A stretch of DNA of 63,470 nt, counting the filler, from Reticulomyxa filosa (taxonomy: Eukaryota; Protista; Foraminifera), in NCBI GenBank assembly GCA_000512085.1. It is 22 parts of 22 records of this genome, joined end to end, with 100 filler letters (N's around TTAATTAATTAA, not from the genome) between each part and the next. Parts side by side here need not be neighbours in the genome. Positions count along the whole stretch, not along the records: positions 12,969 to 17,195 come from ASPP01006792.1; positions 17,296 to 21,920 come from ASPP01021043.1; positions 22,021 to 24,883 come from ASPP01028939.1; positions 24,984 to 26,259 come from ASPP01013816.1; positions 26,360 to 27,457 come from ASPP01013511.1; 17 more parts are not named here. The stretch is one strand, 5' to 3'. The position numbers were made by a program, and so were the translations under genes. How positions within the stretch are numbered: the stretch's first letter is position 1; the number at the start of each line of letters is the position of its first letter. The notes below the pieces were generated by a model. That model was not told the origin of the DNA. It saw only the letters and a list, made by a program, of their open reading frames with translations, and made no database searches. Below are positions 12,869 to 26,805 of this stretch, one piece after another.

Positions 12869-14606
12869 NNNNNNNNNNNNNNNNNNNNNNNNNNNNNNNN
12901 NNNNNNNNNNNNTTAATTAATTAANNNNNNNNNNNNNNNNNNNNNNNNNNNNNNNNNNNNNNNNNNNNACTATTTTTTCTTGAAGTTTCAACGTTATTGA
13001 CCCCAGTGCAAAGATTGATTCATTCAATACCTTAACAACTGTCGGATAATGAACGACGCAAATTACTATTGCAATCATTTCACTAGTTCAATTAAAGGAG
13101 GGAATATCCACACGTCGCTGTCTCTTTGACGACGTACTACTCCAAAAAAACGTGAAAGCTGTGAATTTTATCGAAGTGCCATGCATTTGCAAATTAGACA
13201 TGAAAAATGTGTTATTATCAAAGCGAGTAAATTAACATAATATATACTGTACTTAACAATATTGTTAATTTTATTGTAGTTCCATGTTATTGTTTTGTCC
13301 AAACAAATATTTCGCACTAATTGCAGGATTTGTCGGATATCAAACTTGTTAATTCGTTAATTCTGCACAAGTACGGAATTCAACATTTGCAAGAGTCTGG
13401 GATTGGAAAACACAATCCTGGACAGCTACATGATGCATCCGCGTACTGCTGACAGACAACAATGCAACCGAATTGTGTTTACTCCATTGGCAACTTGATG
13501 ATATCAAAACTTTTGGAAGTGGTTTGTGAAAAAAATTTTTGCAATAAAACTAAAAATATTGTCCGAATTCAAAGTGGGGATTTATGGGATGAATATGTTC
13601 AGCACCCTTTTGGCGCAAAAGTATATTGAAAAGAATCTCCTGTCACTACTTGATGTAATTTATGAAAATATTTAAACAATCTCTTGCTTACTCAATTTGT
13701 ATCTATGATTACTATGTTATGCAACGATTGCCACACTTCAATGACTATTAAACTACTCCAGTGTACAAAATGATCGCTACAAGTATTATAAAGTTGGTAA
13801 AAAATCAATTTGATAATTATGTGCAATGCACATTGAATTTATAAAATTCATAGAATCATTTTTGGAATGGTCAAAGTCGTGGGCAATGTCATGTTTGCAC
13901 TGTCATGTTACAATTTTGCTTCTGATGCTATCGAAAAGTGACACAACTAGCACAATGGCAAAGACTACACAAGTGGAAACATCTTTCACGGTTCGAATGG
14001 AAAAGAGGAAAATTACAGTTATTGAAAATAGCAAGAATAAGCATGAGACATGAACGCTTTTCACAATTTTTCAAAAAAAACCATTTTTGCTTTGTTAATG
14101 GATATTTTTGTTTTTTTGTTATTTATCCTATTTTGTTGCACTTTGCTGTATTTGGTGCACATTTTATTTTAGCTGTAACACTAGCACTAGCATTAGCGTC
14201 AGCACACCAAGCGTAAGCAGTTGCAAAAATTTTTCTCTTCTTAATTTTTTCAATTGCATTTCTTTTTTTTATAATGCATTTGTGTCTTTTTCATTTCTCC
14301 CTGATGACACTTAATTTAATTTTTAACTTTGAGCCAATAAGTTGTCAAAGCTATTCTAATTTCAAGCAATATCTCACATTGTTTGTTGGATGATCTTATC
14401 TCGCACACCTTTTGCGATGAAATTTGTCTTAGGAAGATAAAACAAAAAACCTAATGTTAAAAGGAAAAAAAAGAGAAATTACACCTAAGGAATACAAATG
14501 AAGGAACCCAAATGAATAAAGAAAATGCTGCACAAGGAAACAATGCATGGGCATTCAAAAGCACTCATTCCTTGACAAAAAACAGAATTGAATCAAACAT
14601 ATGAAA

Positions 14607-17087
14607 TCACGCGAAAGTGCAGCTCTTGACCATTTGCATTATTTTTTCGCTTGATATTTTTTCAATTCGAGTCCATTCTTTCAACAACAGCGCTTGATAA
14701 TCGTATTTGATCGGAAAGCCATAACTCTTCTGAATACACCGTGATGGAGATGAAAAAGAGAGGGAGGTAAAAAAAAAAAAAAGCTGTAACAGCAGATTAA
14801 AATAACGTATTAAAGGACAGAAGAAGGAGAGCAGAACAAAACGTTCTTATAGCACGCCAAACGATCCGCCTGTTTGATGAGATGAACCAATTTTCTTCGA
14901 TTGATAGACCCATTTGGCTTGATGTACTCCCATTGCTCCTCAATTCTGAAAAAAAGTTTTGCAAAACAATCCCATAAAAGGAATCGCAGGTGACTCCACA
15001 GCTTCTTGTAATTTACGTAAGTAAGATTGGTTGCTATCGAATCGATTGCGAAATTCTTCTAAGCGTTTTTTGTCTCTTTTGGCCAATCCATTCCAAGGCA
15101 TATCGAGAATTACAGTTGAGTTCAATGCAGAATGCAATGCACTGCAAGTTTGAAAGTTACCATATTTTTCACAAATCTAAAAAAAAAAAAAATGCATGTA
15201 AGTAAATCAGCGTATAAAAAAAAAAACAACAAAGAAAAGCGAAACATCAGCAAGGTCCATAAACCTGACTAGCCAGGCATTTCGCTTGGAAGGCTTTGGA
15301 GCTTCCATTAAAGTGATTTGGGCCCATTTGACCTCACCTCATGCTGTTGAATCATATGACAGACATGAGGCGCTTTTTGCCATCGATCTTCTCGTTTCCA
15401 TGCTTTTTTGAAGAGTTCTCTTGGTGATAGCCGTTTAAAGATCTCGTTGTTCATCAGAGTTAGCTGTTGTGCCAATTGTTCGGTGTTAAGTTCGATACTA
15501 ACGAAATTCTTTGGAAACAAGGATTCATAGCAAACCAAATATGGCCAACAATACAGCATTGTATTGGGCTCAATGCCGATTATAATGAGTCCAGTCTTGT
15601 GTTTTTCTTCTTCGTCCCTTTCTTGCTCAGCTCTCCAATCCACAGATGTGGAGCCCTCGGTACGAAGCAAAGGTACAACGTTCAGTCTTTTACGCACAGT
15701 GATTACCTTTGCACTCCGTTGGAGCCTTACCAAAGTCAGTTTTTTCGTGAGAGAATTGCTCTTGTCAATTGTTCCATTACTTTCCAACTCTCTTATCATA
15801 TACTTAAAGTATCTTTCCTTATCTTTTTCATGATCCAAATACGTTAATTCTTTCGTCGTTTTCGCCAGGTCTTCTTGTCCGTCTCCATTCGATGAAGATA
15901 TTTGTTTTGTCTCTATGGATTTGTACATGTCCAAATGTGCGCACGTATACGTGGTGAACACATTTTTCTTCAACAACAAAACAAATTTTTTTTTTTTACC
16001 ACGCCACGCTGTGGGAACAGAGTTGTAGTTTTTATATCGGGCGATGAAACTGGAGCTAATAGTACGTGAATGTTTGCCAGATTTGTCCCTTTTTTGTTCA
16101 TCATTCTTTTCTTTGTGTTGAAGTGATTGCCACCAACTTTTGGAAGCATGATGTTTCGTGCCTGTCCAATCCTCATTTCTAATTTTCTCATCAGTATTCA
16201 GATCGACTGGGAGGCTATGAGACAAGTGTTCTGATGACTTTCTCTTTTTGATATCACTGGCTTCAGTAGCGGAGTCCATCGGCACTGGCAATGTTGCTGA
16301 CGCAGCTGCAGTGTTGTTGTTGTTGTTGCTGTTTGCATTCCCACTGCTGTTAAAGCAAGGACTTGAACGCACATTCGTCGCACCATCGATCTCGGTGGAA
16401 TCTACAGACGTCATAGTCATGTTTGTTCGATCCAGATTGACTGCAAACGAATTACGTTTATTTATCGAGGATAAACGATCAGTACAACAAAAATCAGAGG
16501 GGGATGCACTTGTTGTTGGCCGAATAGTCCTTGTTGGCTCATCGAATGTATATAGTTCACTTGCCTTCACCTTTGATGTGTCTTCTATTGTATAAATGTA
16601 GGTATAATATTTTTTCACTCCCCTCTTTCTCCAAAAAAAAAAAAACTTGGGATTATATCATCAAATCGAAATTGATATTGTGTCGGTTTTGCAAACGGGG
16701 TTAATAAACTGGCAACACTTTGACTAGCTCTGGGAGTACTGTATTTTGCTTTGGACGTGTCCAGGCAATAAGAGATTTGTTCGGATGAGAATGGCAGCTG
16801 CGCTGTTCGAAGCGATTGAATTTCTTCATGTTCCCATGCATTGACTAATTTGTTGTACAGCGTCGATCGTATCCTCTCGTGTGAATGCTCAAGGATACTC
16901 GCTTTCAAAGATTCCAACTCTTCCATCACTTCCTCAACATCATAAAAGTCCTCTCTCCAAGCCGATCGAATCCATTCCACCACTGTTTGCACCAATCGTG
17001 ACTGAAAGTTTATCGTTTTGTCCATATCGCCTTTGTGATTTTCACTTGCAGAAACGAACAGTAAATGGATATCTCTTAACACTTGCC
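14607..17087 (-). CDS. RasGEF (REM + CDC25 domain) guanine nucleotide exchange factor, 5'-truncated
   Basis: REM-like QSRLVQTVVEWIRSAWREDF; CDC25 start EQLAQQLTLMNNEIFKRLSPRELFKKAW..APHV; SALNS..; PAIPFMGLF; EEQWEYIKPNGSINRRK; last exon ends KSCTFA* at 14607. Introns and at least one homopolymer frameshift. Confidence 0.88.
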
Positions 17088-17157
17088 TTTATAAAATTAA
17101 GTCAGCATAAAAAAATTGTACGTATATATTTTTTTAATAAAAAAACGGACCCATTCA

Positions 17158-17195
<38 letters not shown>

Positions 17196-17295
17196 NNNNN
17201 NNNNNNNNNNNNNNNNNNNNNNNNNNNNNNNNNNNNNNNTTAATTAATTAANNNNNNNNNNNNNNNNNNNNNNNNNNNNNNNNNNNNNNNNNNNN

Positions 17296-17327
<32 letters not shown>

Positions 17328-17339
17328 TGCAACTGATGT

Positions 17340-17959
17340 GGACTAAATCACATGTGAAAATCTCCAAAGAGATAATGTTTGGAAACGACTCGCTGTTGTT
17401 TGTGGAGTGCATCATAGCAATAGTGATACCGTTGATTTGCTGGTTTTTTAGCTCTTCGATTTTGTGAGTTAATATTGGGATCAGCGATGACGGAATAGCC
17501 ATCTGGTGAAAATCAACATGAGTGAGCTCGTTTAGCAACTGACTCCCTGTTACCTCTTCAACCCAAAAGGCCGGCGCACATTCACTTAAATGATTTTGAA
17601 CCAACCATGAGACCACTTGATGAACCCCCCATTGATATGCAATTTTCTTTTGTACAATTTCGTTTTTTTGTTTTTTGTTTTTGTTTTTGTTTTTTCTTTT
17701 GATTTATGTTGTTTCGTTATTTGTGCATATATGTTGATCAACATAGACGTCTCAAACTGTTTGAAATGATTGCGGGTCTTTGGCAAGAGTATTGTGCACT
17801 TCGTCTAAGAAGGTCTGTTTCGTATAGTGGAACCAGTCTCCAAGGACGTTAGAAACAAGAAATACAAGATAAGGAAATATAGCAGTTTACGTGCAATTCT
17901 GGCAACACTTGTTCATCTTTCACATCTTCTTCATTGAATCTTACTTTGCGGGTAGTCAT
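17340..17959 (-). CDS. 5' part of a SAM-domain-containing protein (3'-truncated)
   Basis: QWGVHQVVSWLVQNHLSECAPAFWVEEVTGSQLLNELTHVDFHQMAI..ILTHKIEELK fits the SAM pattern W..V..WL...L...F..E.I.G..LL..L. Putative ATG at 17959; exon structure uncertain. Confidence 0.7.
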
Positions 17960-18972
17960 AATTATATGTATTCGTAAATAGTTGATATTGAACTTTTTTC
18001 CGTTTTTTAAGCCTACAACTCTTTGTGAGACACTTTTAAATAACAAAGATAAAATCGGCTTCAAAGTACTAGTCCAAAGAATACTGTTTGTTAGTGTAGC
18101 ATTAGAAGACAAAGTAATTCAAAATCAAAAAGAAACAACTTAAAATCAACGTTACAAAAACAACTATATTTTGAACAAACACAAAAACTATACAATATAT
18201 GCAAAAAGGCAGCAAAAGTTAAATTTCTTGACCTAAATCAATAAAAAGATTTGTCAATCATTAACAGTTAATTACTAAAAATATAATAGTGACAACAGCA
18301 TACAAAAAACATACCAAAACATTTACAATTTTTTAAAAATTTTTACTGCAAAAAAAAACTTGTACTCAAAAAAACAATGCTCGTTTGCGACCAACCATAC
18401 AGCAATTTTAATTCACGACAAAAATTCCAATTTCAAACTTAATGAAAAGTAACAAAAAAATGACGGCACGTGCCTTTGGATTTTGTAAGTGGTTAGTTTA
18501 ACCACCAAAAAAATACATTTTTTATTAATTTTGCGAAGTCATTAGTTGAAAATGTGTTTGATCGATACTTTGGTTTGTTTTTTTTTAACAGACCATAAAC
18601 TACTTTTATTTAAAACTATTGGTAATATATAACGTGTTAAACGCACGACTGAACTGTATAATCAATTGTCTTTACTTACTTTTTAGTGCTTAGATTGAAT
18701 GAACAAAATATTAGAAGATAGGTTTGGAATGAAATAAAATCGTTGCATGAGGCATTGTATACTAATGCCTTTTTTACAAAAGAAAAAAAATTGAGGACAG
18801 GAAAAAAAAAGGGAAATTGGAGATTGATGATCTTGTTTTTTTCAAAAATTGTCGCTATTTTACTATTTATTCACGATGTACCTGCCGGCATACTTACAAT
18901 CCCTACATTACAATTTTTTCCCCTTTCAAACATGTTGTCGCAACAAAAAAAAAATTACTTTTGTATTTCTTT

Positions 18973-19909
18973 TTAGAGATTTTGTTGAAGTTCAATCGAG
19001 CCATTAGATTCTGAGGGATCCAAGCAACAACAAATCCACTTTCCAAATTGAAACGATGCGATCATTAACAAGCCGTTGATAAAAGCATCAATTGTGACAA
19101 AAAATATCCCAACGAATAAAAAGGACCACAAACCCAAGCCCAAAAGAGAGCTGACGCCACTAATCACAGCAATAGTAGTGACGTGTCTTAAATGGCGATG
19201 AGTGCGAAAATTTACATGTTGTGCAATGGCATCGGGTTCCATACTTGTTACAAGTGACGAAAATTTCTTGATATACGTATACGATAAGGCTATATTGAAG
19301 AAGATTGTTAGTCCACAAGCAATGACATTTGAGATAATTTCTATCATATCTTGTCCGTTTGAGCAAAGTAAAAACGATGATGATTTGTGAAAGGGATAAA
19401 ATCTAAGACTTCGATTCCATATAAACAAAAATCACGTTTTATCACAAATCGGATAAGCCACCATAGCATCAGTCCAATCCCTATAGCAACGGACACACGA
19501 ATCACTCGATTGCAGGGAGTGCTCAGTTGCTGCGTTTCTTGCGTGTTGAACACAATGTTCAGCCGAAGCAACCAAAATAACAGAATTAGTACATACAGTA
19601 GCATCACAATGAACACTCCGAAATGTTCTACCAAACAGCTTGCATATGAACGATCTTTACCGTTTGTGCCTTGTGACAACATTGGAGAGTAAAGGCTTAT
19701 TATTATCACGCAATATACAAGCAACACCAAATGAAAGGACAACAATGGGACACGTAAAACTGTCTGAGGGCTGTCACGACGACACCAGAATTGTCGAAAT
19801 AAGTATATCAAAATACCACTTTCAAGAAACAACAATAGCACAAGAAAAAAGTACCATACCCCAAATAGATTTTTTGTGGGTCGAGATCTTCACACACTCT
19901 CACCGACAT
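18973..19909 (-). CDS. Intronless 7TM (GPCR-like) membrane protein, two apparent frameshifts
   Basis: MSVRVCEDLDPQKIYLGYGTF, then ORFs 19344-19841 and 18973-19428, giving about seven hydrophobic segments, LFWLLRLNIVF, IDAFINGLL and a Cys-cluster tail (WICCC). Confidence 0.65.
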
Positions 19910-20809
19910 TACTGGCTAGTCGGGGCCTACTAAAATTTTTTAGCTTTTTCAAACCGTACTAAACAAGGCTGTTGCAAAAATTTCGCCAAAAAAAGAGGTA
20001 TATGTTTTTACTACATCTTTGTTTTAACTAAAGCAACATAAACAAAACATACATTCTTCCTGGAAATCAAGCATTTCTAAAATTTTTAAAAAGTTTCTAC
20101 ATATTTTGGGACAAAGCTTTAACAGTGGAAGCAATATTCAAGTAATCCAGATGTCTTTTAAAGCTTCCTTTTTCTTCTTGCCTATACCGGCGAGCAAATT
20201 ATCATGTAGTAGCTGGCCCACTCTAAAATTTTTCTTTAGTTTCAATATCAAAAATATTATGTATTCTCCAAATATCTTTTTGGGGCAATCTAACATTGTT
20301 TTAGTTGTATTCGAACATACTAAAAATTAAATCAAAGTTATTAAGCAAATTGAATGACAAATCCATTATGTATATAATGTAAGATCAAGAAAAGAGTTGA
20401 ATAAAAACTTGACAGGTAAAATAATATTTTAAAAAATAACCTTTTCCATGAAAGTCAGCACTTGATCGACTTTTTTAAAAACATCCACAATGATTACTTT
20501 TTTCATTATTTTAGTTTTTATTACTCCAAAAAAAGTATTTAAAATGAGTAATTTGTTCTTGGAACAATTTAACAGTTTTTCTGATTAACAATTATTGTGG
20601 TATGATGATTTTAAGTAATTTACTCAAAGTTTTGCTAAAACAAGACAAAATTGTAATGTAAAGTATTATTTTTTCGGTTAGCACAAGATTTTTTTTTCCT
20701 CCCTTCTTCCCCTCGTGTGGAGGGAAAGAGTTCGGCAACAATAATAAAAGTATCAAGTCCATTCCGAGTCGCAACAAAAAGGGAAAAGTAGCAAAAGAGA
20801 CAAAATAGG

Positions 20810-21510
20810 ATGCAAAAGCAATTTCCATCCTGTAACGACAACTTATTTTGTAACTCTTCTTGCTGTTACGTTTCAGCCTCCTCCCATCAAGGCCACAATC
20901 CAAATGAGTATATGTTTCCGGATTGCGTCCCAAAGACTGGTGGGGTTTGGAACAGTAATGATTCAGTGAGACATATGGATTATGTGAATCAGCTGAGTCA
21001 CATGAACCCAATGGAAGAGACGATAGGGGAAAGAAGCTGGCGAACGAACAATGAAAGCGGGCAACATGGAATGTACAACACAACAAACCATATGAACTGT
21101 GTGTCCCATCCAGTGCCCCTCTCGTTACCGTTGCCATTGCCACTGCCACTTCCGCTGCCACTCTCGCTGCCATTGCCATTGTCACTGCCATTGCCATTGC
21201 CATTGCCATTACCATTGCCGCTGTCATTGCCATGGATGTTCCCAAAAACGCCAAGTTGTTGCGGTGAAAAAGTAAGTAATGGGTGCGAAAGGTGTATACG
21301 TAGAAATGTCGCAAGAAGAAGCGGATCGAATGAAACAAACGAGTTGGCCATGACTGAGACAAGGGGTGAAAGCAGAATAGAGAATTCTGGACCCTTTGTG
21401 AGCGTGGGGTCACTCCAAGAGCAAAAGAAGCATTATTCCTTTGTGTCACAAAAGATGGCATCGCAAATGAGGTTTCCTAAAGAATATTCTTTCTTCCACG
21501 AGCAATGTCC

Positions 21511-21541
<31 letters not shown>

Positions 21542-21920
21542 CTACAACAACAACAACTACAACAACTACAACTACAACCATTTCCTTCCTCTTCCTCCTC
21601 TTCCTCCTCCTCCTCCTCCTCCTCCTCGAACAACGACGAAAAAAGTCACACCTTTGAACCATCCAGCTATTGCTCAACAACTGTCGACGAAAAGAGCTGC
21701 GGTGGTGCAAATGGCGGCCATGTCAATGTCAGTGTGAATGTCAATGTCAATGGTTCGTATGGCCCTTACGGCCCCTACGGCCCCTTTGGTTCCCACGCCA
21801 TGGATGGCAATGCAATGAATGACCACTATCGACTAAAGTGCTACCCCTCCAGTAACCACGTTCATGTTGACAACGACCGCATTTCTAATTTCAATTTCAA
21901 TTCCAATTTCAATTCCAATT
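20810..21920 (+). CDS. Low-complexity protein with (PL)n, poly-Q, poly-S, (NV)n and YGP repeats; 3'-truncated
   Basis: Open frame of about 370 codons with higher GC than its flanks, built from microsatellite-type repeats. No globular domain recognised. Confidence 0.5.
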
Positions 21921-22020
21921 NNNNNNNNNNNNNNNNNNNNNNNNNNNNNNNNNNNNNNNNNNNNTTAATTAATTAANNNNNNNNNNNNNNNNNNNNNNNN
22001 NNNNNNNNNNNNNNNNNNNN

Positions 22021-23564
22021 TCCATATGTATATAGGTCTTCAGGAGTTGAAGAGCAAGTACGGCCCTCGAGTGAAATCACAAGGTCGATTGCGATTGTTT
22101 ATAGCTGCCGGAGCTGTGCTATTTTTAGCATTGATTTTTTCGGTAATCCGATTGACCATGGCATTATATTCGGGTACATTCCACGAAGGCTTATGTAATC
22201 TATATTTCCAGTCTCCAATTCCGTATTCGTTTTTCAAATGTTGTTGCGTCTTATTCTTCATTCTGAGAATTCGAGAGTCGTTTCGACGCTGCAGTTTTGG
22301 CTTGCAAGAAAGACAAATCAAGATACTTGCTATTTGTGTCGTCTGCTTTTACTTATTCGTTAACATCAATTTGATTGCCGAAAGTGTCATTTGTTATGTT
22401 TCATTTTCATAATAATCATAATTATTATGTAAACGTTTTTTTTATCTCTTTTATTCTCCCAAAAGAGAAGAGGAGAGAAAGTATATACACTTTATTCATA
22501 CATTAAAATCAGGTAAGCATGGATGCACATTGTTCATTTATTTTGTTTTTTTTTTAAAAAAAAAAAAAAAAGGGGGTCGTGATCAAATCCGAAAGAAAGA
22601 CTTTGAAAGTTTTGCGGATTGCATCGAAGCGACCTTGAAGGACCATACAACACCTTATTTCCGAGCGTTCATTGCGCTTCACTTCATTGGTATGTATGTA
22701 TACATTTTTTTTGTAATCGTTTGAGTGATGTACTGTAAACACATTTTAACTGTTTGATTTAATAACAACAATAACAATAATAATAAAAGGCGAGTTTGTA
22801 ATAACGGTGGTATTGTTGCGCATCTATGTAAGGAACTTGTTGATAGTGACCGTGCAGTATGAGGAGACATGGACACGCCAACAAGGTACATTGGACACAC
22901 AAACGAAGTCGAAAGACAATTCCAAGCACTCAACATCACCTCTTGGCAATTCCAATGCCCCAACCGAACATGATGTGAAAAAGTCGGAAAATGTTCCTGA
23001 AAGTTTGAATACTGCTCCTGTTCAGTCCGATCCTAATGACAAGTTTTCCATCTCTTTTTTGTTTACATTTTATCAAATAACTTAAAAAAAAAAAAAAAAT
23101 TACAATAAATAAATGAAAATAGCACGACCCAAATAAGACAAAAATTGCAAATCCATGGATTGTCGGAAGATTATGTGCATTTGATTGCACGCAACGCAAA
23201 CCTGGCAATAATTGTGATGATTGGCAATATGATGACTGGAGTGATCATGTTAGAGGTTGGACGGTGGCTCATGTTGGTGGACACTTTTGTGAATTTGCTT
23301 TGCATTTACTTATGCTTTGCTTTCTCCCAACCCGTATATCGCTGTCTGTGCAAACTGTTTCATTACTGCTGTGCACGCTATTGTGTTGGAATGTTCCTCC
23401 AGTGCTGCTCTTGGAAATGCTGTGACTGCGATGCTTGTGTCATCTCTTGCTGGGTTGTCGAAGATGAGCCTTCTTGGGAAACCGCGCCGAGCAATAAAAG
23501 TGGCACAGATATCAGTGTTAAGAAAGATAACGAACGTGAAGAGTCCTATGATATTGAAATTTAA
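22021..23564 (+). CDS. Multi-exon 7TM (GPCR-like) membrane protein, 5'-truncated
   Basis: Hydrophobic exons (22026-, 22575-, 22790-, 23122-) with LFFILRIRESF, a long third intracellular loop, VDTFVNLLCIYLCFAFSQPVYRCLC and a Cys-rich tail. Same motif pattern as the 18973-19909 protein. Confidence 0.7.
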
Positions 23565-25089
23565 ATACTCTTGTTGTTTTGTTTCATTTGTGAGTCAATG
23601 CATTAAGGTGCAAGTGCAGCCATTTTTTTCTCGTTCATTTTATTTTTTTCTTTTTTTGCTATTGTTGCTTGTTTTTGTTCCTCAGGAATGTTTTGGTTTA
23701 AAAAAAATTTTTTTGCTGCCAATTTTTTAAATGTTCAACTTTCTTAAACAAGCTCATAATTTTTAAGTTAGAACCAAAAGAAGTGGATAATGAAGATAAC
23801 GGATTTAGTTTTGTTTATCCTATAAATCGAACAATCATCTTTTTGCTTTGCAGAATTGAAAGATTTAGTTTAGACAAGACATAAGTGCGCCGAGACACCA
23901 GAAGTGCTTGGGCCAGCAGAAGGTAGATCGACGCAGACTGGAACAAAGATAATATTTCGAAGAGACTGCCAGTCAATCAAAAAACAGACTATTCTATTAT
24001 CAAGTGGTAATACGATTGCTAACAAAAGTGTGTGAAAGCTACAATAGACTATAAAAATCCGTTGACTCAATAATGAAGCAAGAGCTCGTAATAATCAAAA
24101 AGTACAGCTCTACCGACAACAATTAAAAGTATTGAAACATCTTTAAAAGTTATTGAACGTATTCTCTTTTGCCATTTAATGGTAGTATATATTATATTAT
24201 GTTTATAACAATACAATTTGTTTCTGTGATGTTCAAATATTCAAAGTATTACACATTTCATAGACATAAAAATATTGTAAAATGCATATATGTCACTATT
24301 GCAAAATAAAAGTAATAATATTAGTGTAATTAGTGGTAATTGATATAAAATTTATTCTGGATCAAGTGATATGAGTATTCGAATATGTTATATTGAAAAG
24401 AAGAATTAATTATGCATAAAAAACTGAACACATAAAATGTCACATTATGAAGATTATTGATTTTCTATGAAAAGCAGCATTTAATCATAATTTTTTTAAA
24501 ATGACATCTCGACGTCGTGTGAAATCTAAAAATACCTTTGATCTTTAATAAAAGTGCAGTAAATCAGATAGTGATATACAGCATTACCACTAAAATTGTA
24601 CATGTTTATACGGTACATTTTGGCGAGTCTTTTCTTTTTTGAGGCCGGTTTTGTACTAATTTTCAATAGAAAGATGATGATATATCTCACTATCTGCGAA
24701 AGGTAGAAAGATAATTTTTTTAAAAGTATCTACTTGATGTGAAGGTTCTGATAAAAGCAACAAAACAATTTGAAATTTTCATGGTGTCAATATAAGTGTA
24801 GTAGGTTGCAAAGAAAACTGAACGCCTAAAACATATCTTATGATGATAATTGATTTTCTCAATGAAAAATCAACATTTAGACCNNNNNNNNNNNNNNNNN
24901 NNNNNNNNNNNNNNNNNNNNNNNNNNNTTAATTAATTAANNNNNNNNNNNNNNNNNNNNNNNNNNNNNNNNNNNNNNNNNNNNTTTTTGGAGATTAGAAA
25001 AAGGAAGCAAAAACTCTCAAATGAACGAACAAACAAACAAACAAAAATGTTTCCCTCCTTCCATTGAGCAAGGGAGATGGTCAACACTA

Positions 25090-26135
25090 ACTAACTCTCG
25101 TGTGATTCATGGCCAGCCAAGTGCTTGAACTCGTTCGTGTTGGGTCTTGACGCGCGTTGCTACCATCGCCAACCAGCGATGGACTCAAATAGCGACTGGC
25201 GACATTGATCATATGTTGCGCTTCAAATTCGCTCACAAAGTTTTTCACATGAAATATTTTGGGGTGGTCGCCATGTACCATTTCAATTTCCAGTTCTAGC
25301 ATTTCCTTTGCTCGACAATCTGTGGGATCTATTTACACACACACACACATACACATTTATATACATTTATGAATTTTTTTTTTTAGGGTCCCCGAAAAAA
25401 TATAAATTAACAACATAAAAAAAAAAAAAGAATGGTCTCCCTCTCCGTTGACAATAAAAGTACTTTTCGTAGTTGAAGGATCGCATAACCAAAACCGTTC
25501 TTTACTTTGCACTAAAGCGCTTTCCACTTGTCTCGGAAATGGCAATACTGGCGATGGACGACGGTAAGGAGATAACCAATGCTTGTTATATCTTTTGTAA
25601 TACATGTCATACCATTCCATTTCTTCTTGTATTTGTTTTTTCTCTTCCGCAGTTGTGCTTTCGTCTTCGTATATGTAGAGAATCTTTTTGTTGTTTTAGT
25701 TTGTAGGATTCTTATGTTGGTTTGGTTAGTTTCGAGTTTATAGTTTTTGTTTTTTAGTTATTGCCATTATTGTCATTATCAATTATTATCATTATTATTA
25801 TTATTGTCTTTTGTATATATTTTTTCTGGACAAAACAAAACTTGATCAGATCGAATGAAAAAGGGTGCCAAACGCACATTATCTTCTTCGTCGACTGGGC
25901 TCCAAAAGAACTCATGTCCGACATATGTTGTAAATGAAGTACTTCCTCCGTGTGGGGGAAGGTTGCCAAAGAAACGAATGTCTTCGTCGTCGTTGCCTTG
26001 CGTTATCCACCACAAGTTCAGGTCCCGTCCAGAGAGGTTGCGAAATCTTGCCAACAAACTTCCATCACTAAATGTCGCACTCTTTCCAACTAAAGCGAAG
26101 CACAAGTGCCACCATAAATAATAAACAAGCATCAT
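25090..26135 (-). CDS. Secreted/ER prolyl 4-hydroxylase-like protein with an N-terminal VHL-beta-like domain; 3'-truncated
   Basis: Hydrophobic N-terminus; FRNLSGRDLNLWW..GNLPPHGGSTSFTTYVGHEF (VHL-beta-like); PKIFHVKNFVSEFEAQHMINVASRYLSPSLVG..RTSSSTWL, the typical start of a P4H catalytic domain. Confidence 0.78.
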
Positions 26136-26359
26136 CGTACAATGAAAAATGTCTAATGTTCTTTTTTTTTTTCTTTTGCCTTTCAAAATTTGGAAAAACG
26201 CTTCAGAGGAACATTTCTATCATTTTGATTTGAAAGATTAAAAACTTTTTTTTTTTTTGNNNNNNNNNNNNNNNNNNNNNNNNNNNNNNNNNNNNNNNNN
26301 NNNTTAATTAATTAANNNNNNNNNNNNNNNNNNNNNNNNNNNNNNNNNNNNNNNNNNNN

Positions 26360-26774
26360 GCCTTCGGTCAGCAGCGGCAGCTTGGCGTTTTCCTCGTCTT
26401 CGGCGTCATCGACGTCTTCTTCGTACACCGACAGGAAGCCGGCAAACACCAGTACCTGGCCGCTGGCGCGGAAGACGCCCTGGCCGACGTGGATGTCGAT
26501 GCTGGTAGTGTCGAACTTGGCCGGCGCCATCTGGCAGGCCAGCGTACGTTTCCAGATCATGTCGTACAGCTTGAACTGGTCGGTGGTCAGGAACGGCTTT
26601 ACCGACTCCGGCGTGCGCAGGATGGACGTGGGGCGGATTGCCTCGTGCGCTTCCTGGGCATTCTTGGATTTGTTCTTGTAGCTGACGGCGTTCTTCGGCA
26701 GGTGCTCGGCGTCAAAGCGTTCGCCGATATAGCCGCGGATTTCTTCTACCGCTTCATTGGCCAGCGCCACCGAG

Positions 26775-26805
<31 letters not shown>

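Noticed and set aside
12969-14330. Possible gene in moderately complex sequence, including ORF 13826-14053
   Set aside because: Only short interrupted frames with no recognisable motif. It may be a decayed gene, but I cannot support a call.
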